NCBI GenBank assembly: GCA_016928115.1
Contig: JAFGLI010000019.1
Coordinates: 5,066 to 69,065, forward strand
Direction: 5' to 3'
Source of the DNA: Candidatus Woesearchaeota archaeon
GTDB lineage: Archaea > Nanobdellota > Nanobdellia > Woesearchaeales > UBA9642
DNA: 64,000 bases
A program made the position numbers and the translations under genes. Positions 56,939 through 64,000 of this stretch are shown here, piece after piece (within the stretch, counting starts at the first letter, position 1; the number at the start of each line of letters is the position of its first letter). The notes beneath the pieces are model-generated. The model had not been told where the DNA came from. It did no database searches and worked only from the letters and a program-made list of their open reading frames with translations.

Positions 56939-58873
56939 ATGGCAATAAAAGATATACTGAAAAAAAACTTTAAGATTTTAACCAGGTCAAAAAGTTCAGG
57001 ACTGGTAATAATACTCGGACCTTTATTGGTCATTCTGCTTGTTGGTTTAGCTTTTAACACAAGCTCAACTTCAAAGCTGAATATAGGCGTGTATATTCCT
57101 GAAAAAACAGAGCTGACAGGAACATTTACTGATGTACTTAATGAAAGCGGCTTCGGGGTTATTGAATACGGGCAGCAGGAGGAATGCATCATTGACCTGA
57201 AACAGTCCGCAGTGCATTTGTGCATGGTTTTTCCTGAGAATTTTGTTATAGAAAGCAACAGCTCAAATGAAATATTATTTTATGTTGACAAAAGCAGAAC
57301 TAATTTTGTATATACTATTATTAACACTGTTTCTTCCAAAGTACAGCTGCAGTCTTCTGAATTAAGCTATGAGCTGACAAATGCAGTCATAAATGCGCTT
57401 AACAATGCAAGAGACATTAATTCAGAGAACATGATAAAAGTAATAAAGATGAAAGAAGACCTGTCAAGCAGCATGGAAGGCATTGAATCTGTACTTGGTG
57501 ACCTTAATGACCTTGACCTTACACAGGAAAGCGTCGGCACAATCCTTGTGTTGAATTATGCAAAGAACATATATGATTATGCCAAAGATATGGAAGAGGT
57601 TATGGAAGAAGTAAATTGTGATAGTATAGGGGACAATGAAACAAAAGAATTATGTAAAGACATACAGGATGAGATTGATAATTCCACCCTTACAAAAGAC
57701 TACGCTAATTTCACAGGGTCATTAAACACTCTTGAGCAGAATCTTAACCTTATTAAAACAAAACTGTCCCTGGCTGAAGCAGCAAAAAAATCCTCTGTAA
57801 GCGAGCTTGAAACACTTAAGGGAAAAGTGAACAGCATGCTTTTATCTATAGACCTTATAAAAACAGAGACAGAAAAGGTTAACTCTGAAATTGAATCCCT
57901 AAAGGTCAAGGAAGCAAAAAAAATAGTCAGCCCCATAACAACTAAAATAGAGCCTGTAAGCTCACAAACAGCGTATATTAATTACCTATTCCCTTATTTT
58001 ATAATATTAATAATAATGTTTGTCAGTATACTGCTGAGCAGCAATATAATAGTCATGGAAAAGAACTCACGGGCATTTTTCAGGAACTTCACAACACCCA
58101 CAACAAACTTCAAGTTCTTCGGCTCAACATTCTTAACTAATTTTCTGCTTGTGATGACACAGGTAATAATAATTCTCGGCATAGTCTATTTCCTGCTGGA
58201 AATGAACTGGATAGCTAACTGGTATATCGTCCTTATCCTTATCATATTAACAATAACATTATTCACATCAATAGGTATGATAATAGGGTACTTATGCAGC
58301 AGCCAGGAAACAGCATTAATGATTTCCCTGGGAACCTCAAGCATATTTCTTTTATTGTCAAATCTTGTCATGCCCCTTGAAAGGATGGCTTCTTTTATTC
58401 AGAATGCAGCACATTACAACCCCTATGTCATGGCTTCTGAGCTGTTGAAGAAAGGCATGCTGTTTTCACTGCACATAAAACAGATTTATTTTGACCTTCT
58501 TATACTATTGGCTATTGCATTTACCTTTTTCATTTTGGCTTACCTGCTTTCAGTCATATCAAAGAAGCAGTATTTCACAGGCTTCAAGGCCCTGAAGCAC
58601 ATCAGCAACGGGAAGGAGAAAAATAAAATATTTGAACTGTCGGGGAAAAATATAGAGAATATTGATGATATGATTGATGAGATAAATAAATCCTCAAAAA
58701 AGGAATTTGATGACTTTGTTGAAGATGACTTCAGTGAGTTTTCTTTGTGGGCAAGAGATATATATAAAAACAAGAGATTATGCAAAATGCTTACAGGAGT
58801 GAAAGACAAAGAAAAGATTATAAGAATTCTTGAGGAATTCAGGGAAATAGATGGAAAAAAGAGGAAAAAATGA
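56939..58873 (+). CDS. ABC-2 family permease with a large extracytoplasmic domain
   Basis: N-terminal TM helix, an extracellular domain of about 330 aa, then six C-terminal TM helices; translationally coupled to the ATPase. Confidence 0.65.
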   Translation: MAIKDILKKNFKILTRSKSSGLVIILGPLLVILLVGLAFNTSSTSKLNIGVYIPEKTELTGTFTDVLNESGFGVIEYGQQEECIIDLKQSAVHLCMVFPENFVIESNSSNEILFYVDKSRTNFVYTIINTVSSKVQLQSSELSYELTNAVINALNNARDINSENMIKVIKMKEDLSSSMEGIESVLGDLNDLDLTQESVGTILVLNYAKNIYDYAKDMEEVMEEVNCDSIGDNETKELCKDIQDEIDNSTLTKDYANFTGSLNTLEQNLNLIKTKLSLAEAAKKSSVSELETLKGKVNSMLLSIDLIKTETEKVNSEIESLKVKEAKKIVSPITTKIEPVSSQTAYINYLFPYFIILIIMFVSILLSSNIIVMEKNSRAFFRNFTTPTTNFKFFGSTFLTNFLLVMTQVIIILGIVYFLLEMNWIANWYIVLILIILTITLFTSIGMIIGYLCSSQETALMISLGTSSIFLLLSNLVMPLERMASFIQNAAHYNPYVMASELLKKGMLFSLHIKQIYFDLLILLAIAFTFFILAYLLSVISKKQYFTGFKALKHISNGKEKNKIFELSGKNIENIDDMIDEINKSSKKEFDDFVEDDFSEFSLWARDIYKNKRLCKMLTGVKDKEKIIRILEEFREIDGKKRKK

Positions 58874-59751
58874 TTTCTATACTGCCATGGTATATTTTTG
58901 CTTTTACAAGTGCAATCTTTAATACCTTATTCCAGATTATAAGGAAAAAAGCTGTTTCAAAAGCACATGCAATGAACTTTGAGTCTGTGAGGGCTATGTA
59001 TGAAGCCCTGCTTGCATTATTATTAATCCCATTCATCAGCTGGTCTTTTGACAAATCCGTCCTTATATGGATATATATAGTTTCATTGATAGCTGTAATA
59101 GGAATATTGTATGCATCAAAAGCATTCAGGCATGGTGAAATCTCTTTAATATCCCCGTGGGCAAATATGAGGCCTTTTTTTGTTGCAGTCCTGGCTTTCA
59201 TATTCCTGAATGAGGCATTGACAATAAAACAAATTATCGGAATATCTATTATACTAATATCAGCATATCTGCTTGAATCAGACCACAGGATTTCCAGTTT
59301 TATAGAGCCATTGAAACATTTGTTGAAATCAAAATATAGCCTTTATTTCATATTTGCCACTTTCTTATTTAGTATTACGAGTGTACTTGACAAGTTTGTC
59401 CTGACAACAAGAATGGATAATATATTCACATATTCCTTTTTTATATGGATATTTATTGCTGTTAACTTTAACATAATCCACACTATGATGTATGGGTTTA
59501 AGGATACCCTGGAATGCCTGAAGAAAGAAAAACATCTTCCTGTTATTGTTGCTTTATGCTCAATGCTTTCAGGTCTTCTGGCATACAAAGCTTTTACAAT
59601 GGCTTATGTTTCCTTAGTAATGCCTATACTGATGATGAGCACACTATTTACTGTTCTTCTGGGAGGAAGGTTCTTTCATGAAAAAAACCTGCTGTTCAGG
59701 CTTGGGACTTCTGTAATAATGCTCTTCGGTGCTTATCTTATTATTGTTTAA
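58870..59751 (+). CDS. EamA/DMT family transporter
   Basis: Ten TM helices in two EamA-like halves; 4-nt overlap with the permease gene. Confidence 0.6.
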   Translation: MISILPWYIFAFTSAIFNTLFQIIRKKAVSKAHAMNFESVRAMYEALLALLLIPFISWSFDKSVLIWIYIVSLIAVIGILYASKAFRHGEISLISPWANMRPFFVAVLAFIFLNEALTIKQIIGISIILISAYLLESDHRISSFIEPLKHLLKSKYSLYFIFATFLFSITSVLDKFVLTTRMDNIFTYSFFIWIFIAVNFNIIHTMMYGFKDTLECLKKEKHLPVIVALCSMLSGLLAYKAFTMAYVSLVMPILMMSTLFTVLLGGRFFHEKNLLFRLGTSVIMLFGAYLIIV

Positions 59752-59804
59752 AAGGCTCTGGTGAAAAAATAATTTTATAAACTTTCTTTATTTACAATAG
59801 TAAT

Positions 59805-60380
59805 ATGATAATATTAATAACTGGTACTCCGGGAACAGGAAAGACATCATTCAGCAGGAAGCTGTCTGAAATAACCGGCTTTAAGCATATTGAATTAAAT
59901 AAGGAAATAAAAGAGAATATGTTATATGAAGAATATGACAAGGAAAAAGATACACTAATTATGGATAAAAAAAAGACTGCTGAGTTCTTAAATGACTATG
60001 TAAAGAAATATTCCGGTGTGAAAAAAAAGATTTATAGTTATTTTAAAGAAATACAGGAAAAACAGGAGATTATGTTGAAGGAAAACCCTGTTAATGAAAA
60101 GAATTTTTATCCTATAGAAAAAATATTGAATGATCTTCAGGGAATAAACATAAAAGAAAAAGGGCTTATAATAGACTCCCATTTATCCCATTTGTTTTTT
60201 CCAGAAAAAATAGATTTCTGTATTGTTATTAAAACTAAACTAAAAGAACTGGAAAAAAGGCTTAAAAAAAGAAATTACACTGAAGAAAAAATAAGGGAAA
60301 ATATTGACTCAGAGATTTTCAATGTTTGCTTTAATGAGGCTGTTGAGAATGGTTTGAAGGTTGTTGTTCTGGGGAATTGA
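59805..60380 (+). CDS. Putative adenylate kinase (Fap7/AK6-like P-loop kinase) with an internal insertion
   Basis: 'MIILITGTPGTGKTSFSRKL', 'IIDSHLSHL', 'LKKRNYTEEKIRENIDSEI'; carries an extra Lys-rich segment of about 60 aa. Confidence 0.5.
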   Translation: MIILITGTPGTGKTSFSRKLSEITGFKHIELNKEIKENMLYEEYDKEKDTLIMDKKKTAEFLNDYVKKYSGVKKKIYSYFKEIQEKQEIMLKENPVNEKNFYPIEKILNDLQGINIKEKGLIIDSHLSHLFFPEKIDFCIVIKTKLKELEKRLKKRNYTEEKIRENIDSEIFNVCFNEAVENGLKVVVLGN

Positions 60381-60400
60381 TTTTTTTATATTACGGAAAC

Positions 60401-60688
60401 TCAGTCCTCGCTTTTTGGTCTCCATTTATATACTTCATCATGGTGGCCATAAAAATATATATCCACTTTTTCTTCAGAATGGTCTATTTTGAAAATTAAC
60501 ACAAAGTGTTTATCTATATGAACTCTATTAAATGTTTGTAAGGGTTTTCTTAAGAATTTGTAATTGTGTTTAGGATTGGATCTTATCTCTCTAATTTTCT
60601 TATCAATAATTTTAAGATGGTTTAAATTTTTCTTTGCTAATTTATGAAAAATCTTATCCGCTTCTGGCTTAATGTCAAGAAAATACAT
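60401..60688 (-). CDS. RelE/ParE-like toxin
   Basis: 'KFLRKPLQTFNRVHIDKHFVLIFKIDHSEEKVDIYFYGHHDEVY' fits the RelE-fold C-terminus. Confidence 0.55.
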   Translation of the reverse strand: MYFLDIKPEADKIFHKLAKKNLNHLKIIDKKIREIRSNPKHNYKFLRKPLQTFNRVHIDKHFVLIFKIDHSEEKVDIYFYGHHDEVYKWRPKSED

Positions 60689-60689
60689 T

Positions 60690-60923
60690 TTAACTTAAAC
60701 CATACCTCTTAGCAAAACTTTCAACCCTTATGCTTTTCTGTTTTTTTATTTTCTTAATTTTCTCAATAAAATCCGGTTTAAGTTCGGGCTCATTTTCAAA
60801 TTCTATATACTCATTAACTACATACTCTATAGCTTCGCCTTTATCTTTCAAATTAAATTTAGCCTTTACAATATTCAATACTCTGTTTGTATTCTCATTT
60901 AATTCTATTAATGCCTGCACCAT
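60690..60923 (-). CDS. Putative antitoxin (DUF2683-like)
   Basis: 77 aa; 'ALIELNENTNRVLNIVKAKFNLKDKGEAIEYVVNEY'; 1-nt gap to the toxin gene. Confidence 0.45.
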   Translation of the reverse strand: MVQALIELNENTNRVLNIVKAKFNLKDKGEAIEYVVNEYIEFENEPELKPDFIEKIKKIKKQKSIRVESFAKRYGLS

Positions 60924-61037
60924 ATTAGTTCACCTTAGTCTAGATAAGTTTAACTTATTTATATATTTTTCGCTCTCACCTTCATCAAACCCTGATTATT
61001 CGTAAATATTTATAAACTACGCTTTTTTTATATAATC

Positions 61038-62159
61038 ATGAAAAACCAGATAAGTTCTCTTGAACTGAATTATTTGACAAGGGAGTTAAAAACACTTGTT
61101 AATTCAAAACTGAATAAGGTTTACAGCAAAAAAAACAGTTTTGTTTTTGACTTCCATAAAACCAGTAAAGGAAGATTAATGTTAAAGGTTGAGCTTCCGG
61201 GAAAAATATACCTCACAAAATACAAGGAAGAATATGAAGAGCCCGGTAATTTCTGCATGTTCCTGAGAAAACATTTAGCCAACAGTTTTGTCAGGGATAT
61301 TTATACAAAGGATTTTGAGAGAATCCTGATAATTGAGTTTAAAACAAAAGAAAAAAAACTAAAACTCATATTTGAACTGTTCAGCAAAGGCAATATTGTT
61401 CTGGTTGATGATAAAGGCATTATAAAAAATATATACAGGAAAGAGGAATGGAAAGATAGAATATTAAAGCCAAAGGAAAAATACAAATTCCCTCCTTCGG
61501 GCATTAACATAATCAATATGGATATGAATGAGTTCAGGATAAAAATCATGAAAAGCAATAAGGATTTAGTAAGGACCCTGGCTGTAAAATTTTCACTCGG
61601 AGGGCTTTACAGTGAAGAAGTTTGTGTAAGGACTAAAACTAAAAAAGGAATTAATACAAGCATACTGAAAAAAAATGAACTGTTAAAACTATATAAAACA
61701 ATAAAATCAATGCTTAACAGCAAAGAAGACCCCACGGCTTATTTTGAAGATGGAAAATTAAAAGAGATAACACCTTTTGAATTAAGAATGTTCCAAAATC
61801 TTGAAAAGAAAAAATACAGCTCATTTAATGAATCCCTTGATGAAAGCCTTTCAATAATGGCTGAAGAAAAGAATGAAGAGGAAATAATAAAGACCAAAAA
61901 GGGAAAGGTAGAAAAATTAAAAGAGATTATTGAAAAACAAAAAGAGGACATAAATAAAAGGTTAAATATTATTGATGAAAACTCAAAAAAAGGGGAGATA
62001 TTATACAAAAACTACAATATGCTTAAGCAATTACTGGATGATTTCAGAAAGATACAAAAAGAGCATTCATGGGAAGAGATTAAAGAAAAACTTAAAAACC
62101 ATAAAATCATAAAGGAAATAAATGAAAAAGAAGGGTACATAATTGTTGATGTAAAATAA
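61038..62159 (+). CDS. N-terminal half of an NFACT/Rqc2-FbpA family protein (NFACT-N plus HhH plus coiled coil)
   Basis: 'FCMFLRKHLANSFVRDIYTKDFERILIIEF...LIFELFSKGNIVLVDDKG' is the NFACT-N signature; it ends in a coiled coil with no DUF814 domain. Confidence 0.7.
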   Translation: MKNQISSLELNYLTRELKTLVNSKLNKVYSKKNSFVFDFHKTSKGRLMLKVELPGKIYLTKYKEEYEEPGNFCMFLRKHLANSFVRDIYTKDFERILIIEFKTKEKKLKLIFELFSKGNIVLVDDKGIIKNIYRKEEWKDRILKPKEKYKFPPSGINIINMDMNEFRIKIMKSNKDLVRTLAVKFSLGGLYSEEVCVRTKTKKGINTSILKKNELLKLYKTIKSMLNSKEDPTAYFEDGKLKEITPFELRMFQNLEKKKYSSFNESLDESLSIMAEEKNEEEIIKTKKGKVEKLKEIIEKQKEDINKRLNIIDENSKKGEILYKNYNMLKQLLDDFRKIQKEHSWEEIKEKLKNHKIIKEINEKEGYIIVDVK

Positions 62160-62160
62160 A

Positions 62161-62664
62161 ATGACTCTGAAAAAAACTAAAAAGAAAAAAAGCAGATTGA
62201 ACAAAAAGATTGTTTATGCAGTGGTTATAGCTTTCATATTGATTGCAGGATTTTTCATGATTGAAAAACAGCTGATTCTGAAATGCAGATTTGAGATTGA
62301 AAATGTTTTTGTGGATGTTGAAAGCTCGCAGTGGTCCCATGCAACTGCACTGCCCATGGATATAACTATGAAGGTAAATAATCCCTCACCATTGCCGAGA
62401 TACCTTATTAAAATGGATTATGAGCTTTATGCTGATAATGAATTATTATCCCGGGGAGTATTTTCAGACAATATAAGAATAAGACCTAATGAAAAAGAAG
62501 AGCTGAGGGCAACAATGTTCCTGGATTTCAATTATTTCTCACCTGAATTATTAAACTCTATAGCAAATAATCAAGCAGAATACAGCATAAAGATAAAGCC
62601 TTATTTTGACAGTTTATTTGGAAGGACTGGTTATGAGCTTTTTGCTGTTAAGAAAAAACAATAA
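62161..62664 (+). CDS. Membrane-anchored LEA_2/WHy-like domain protein
   Basis: N-terminal TM helix; 'NPSPLPRYLIKMDYELYADNELLSRG' resembles the LEA14/NDR1 fold pattern. Confidence 0.4.
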   Translation: MTLKKTKKKKSRLNKKIVYAVVIAFILIAGFFMIEKQLILKCRFEIENVFVDVESSQWSHATALPMDITMKVNNPSPLPRYLIKMDYELYADNELLSRGVFSDNIRIRPNEKEELRATMFLDFNYFSPELLNSIANNQAEYSIKIKPYFDSLFGRTGYELFAVKKKQ

Positions 62665-62707
62665 AAACCTTTTTAAACAAATATAGGTTTCTTTCTCTAT
62701 ATAATAT

Positions 62708-62780
62708 GGCGGTAGTAGTTCAATGGTCAGAATAGAAGACTGTGGATCTTCAGAAGCGGGTCCGATTCCCGTCTACCGCC
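62708..62780 (+). tRNA. tRNA-His (anticodon GTG) with a genomically encoded G-1 and discriminator C73; no encoded CCA
   Basis: Folded by hand: 7-bp acceptor (ggcggtag.../...ctaccgc), the extra 5' G pairing with C73, D-arm with G18G19, anticodon stem gaaga/tcttc with loop cTGTGga, 4-nt variable loop, T-arm gcggg/cccgt. Confidence 0.8.
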
Positions 62781-62788
62781 TTTTTTAT
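62781..62788 (+). terminator. Oligo-T tract directly after tRNA-His
   Basis: ttttttat immediately 3' of the tRNA; archaeal Pol III/Pol II terminate at T-runs. Confidence 0.4.
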
Positions 62789-62858
62789 AATAAGGGCTTG
62801 ACGAACGAAGTGAGGAAACCCTTGGTTTTTACGAGATTTTTCTCAAAAATCTCTGCAT

Positions 62859-62875
62859 GATTCCCGTCTACCGCC
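62859..62875 (+). repeat. 17-bp direct repeat of the tRNA-His 3' end (gattcccgtctaccgcc), an att-site-like duplication
   Basis: Identical to 62764..62780; separated by 78 bp. Confidence 0.6.
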
Positions 62876-62902
62876 CTCAAACAATTAAAATGGGTTAATA
62901 AA

Positions 62903-63298
62903 ATGGAAATAACCAATCAGGATTTGATTGAAAAGGCAAAGCAGGCAGCTAAATTGCATAAATCATCAGAAGATGTTAGAATAGGTGATGTTGGCTGTGC
63001 ATTAATTACTGATAAAAATAATGTCTATGTTGGGGTAAGCATTGATGCCTGCTGTGGAGTAGGATTTTGTGCTGAACATAGCGCTATTGCCAGCATGGTA
63101 ACCAATCAGGAATATAATATAAAAAAAATTGTGGCTGTTCTTGGTAATGGGACAATTTTACCCCCTTGTGGAAGATGCAGAGAACTAATGTATCAAATCA
63201 ATGACAAAAACTTAGACGCAAAGATAATCATTGAAAAAAATAAAATAGTCAAACTTAGTGATTTGCTTCCTGAGATTTGGCAAAAGAAAATTCATTAA
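62903..63298 (+). CDS. cdd: Cytidine deaminase
   Basis: 'CAEHSAIASMV' (C/H-A-E) and 'PCGRCRELM' (PCxxC); about 131 aa, the typical homotetrameric Cdd size. Confidence 0.75.
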   Translation: MEITNQDLIEKAKQAAKLHKSSEDVRIGDVGCALITDKNNVYVGVSIDACCGVGFCAEHSAIASMVTNQEYNIKKIVAVLGNGTILPPCGRCRELMYQINDKNLDAKIIIEKNKIVKLSDLLPEIWQKKIH

Positions 63299-63331
63299 AT
63301 TTATAAACATATAGATATTCCCAATTTTAAA

Positions 63332-64000
63332 ATGGGGGCAGAGGAAAAGCTTGATAAAATATCTTCTTCTTATTTTAAAACTGACTATTACGAAGACAAG
63401 GAAACAGAAAACAATAACCTGAAACAAACTGTTTCTTACCTGAAAGAAGAACTGGAAAGACTGAAGAAGCCGGCATTAATGGTTGGCGAGGTTCTCAGGG
63501 TTTATGACAGGCAGGCAGTGATAAGGATACCCAACGGCAACAGGTTTTATGTCAACATATCAGAAGACATAAAAGGCCTGATGATGGGGGAGAATGTCTT
63601 ATTGGAGCAGAAAAACCTCAATATTATTGACAGGATAGACACTCCTGATGACCTTGATGTTGAAAAATTTGTGATTATTGAAAAACCCAAAATAACATGG
63701 AAAGAGATAGGGGGCCTTGACAGCCAGATTAATGAAATAAAAGAGGTTATTGAGCTGCCTTTGTTAAAGCCCGACAGTTTCAGGAAAGTTGGGATAACGC
63801 CTCCGAAAGGATTATTATTATATGGTGTACCAGGAACCGGAAAAACATTACTGGCCAAGGCTGTAGCCAACAGCACAAACAGCACTTTTATCGAAATTGT
63901 AGGCTCAGAATTAGTCCAGAAATTCATTGGGGAAGGGGCAAAACTGGTAAAGAGCATTTTCGAGCTTGCTAAAAAAGAAGCCCCGTCAATCATATTTATA
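63332..64000 (+). CDS. pan: Proteasome-activating nucleotidase (PAN), partial; the 3' end lies beyond the window
   Basis: My own translation from the ATG at 63332 gives an N-terminal coiled coil, an OB region, then '[26 protein letters not shown]...PSIIFI'; the ORF stays open to the window end. Confidence 0.75.
   Translation, partial: MGAEEKLDKISSSYFKTDYYEDKETENNNLKQTVSYLKEELERLKKPALMVGEVLRVYDRQAVIRIPNGNRFYVNISEDIKGLMMGENVLLEQKNLNIIDRIDTPDDLDVEKFVIIEKPKITWKEIGGLDSQINEIKEVIELPLLKPDSFRKVGITPPKGLLLYGVPGTGKTLLAKAVANSTNSTFIEIVGSELVQKFIGEGAKLVKSIFELAKKEAPSIIFI

Noticed and set aside
63547-63993. A 148-aa minus-strand ORF at the window end
   Set aside because: It is antisense to the partial PAN gene (63332..64000), which has a clear Walker A and N-terminal coiled coil.

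Overview
This is an AT-rich, gene-dense window that is clearly archaeal. Archaea-specific markers include MBF1 with an N-terminal zinc ribbon, RadB, the RFC large subunit, PAN (partial, at the window end), archaeal/eukaryal-type ribosomal protein uS2, GatD, Taw1, archaeal-type cofactor-independent phosphoglycerate mutase, and a pilin with a class III signal peptide. Given how many lineage-specific small proteins and bacterial-like genes it carries, it probably comes from a small-genome (DPANN-like) archaeon. Housekeeping genes include leuS, a CDC48-like AAA ATPase, gyrA, gatD, rps2, apgM, ligT, dCMP and cytidine deaminases, tRNA-His, an ABC transporter, MscS and EamA. Several things stand out against that background. 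(1) The leucyl-tRNA synthetase is bacterial-type and carries an in-frame insertion of about 190 aa that looks like a complete alpha/beta serine hydrolase (YdeN/RBBP9-like) immediately before the CP1 editing domain. (2) There is a bona fide sigma-70-family protein (regions 2, 3 and 4) in an archaeal context. (3) Bases 6.1-12.4 kb hold a membrane glycan-synthesis operon: a processive GT2 synthase with a QxxRW motif, three GT-C-like polytopic proteins and a membrane-anchored thioredoxin-like CxxC protein. (4) Bases 14.5-24.4 kb form an accessory stretch of hypotheticals and toxin-antitoxin-like modules (BrnT-like, HEPN-MNT, DUF4258/DUF2283), with two RelE/ParE pairs elsewhere. (5) A translationally coupled five-gene operon of unknown proteins (26.0-27.9 kb) converges on a stand-alone Mre11/SbcD-like nuclease. 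(6) A family of bulged-hairpin repeat elements occupies two promoter regions (38.5 kb and 48.5 kb). (7) A 17-bp direct repeat of the tRNA-His 3' end lies 78 bp downstream of the tRNA, which looks like an att-site scar. (8) An NFACT/Rqc2 homologue is split into two genes 55 kb apart. (9) There are three pairs of tandem paralogues of unknown function. No CRISPR array or rRNA was seen.
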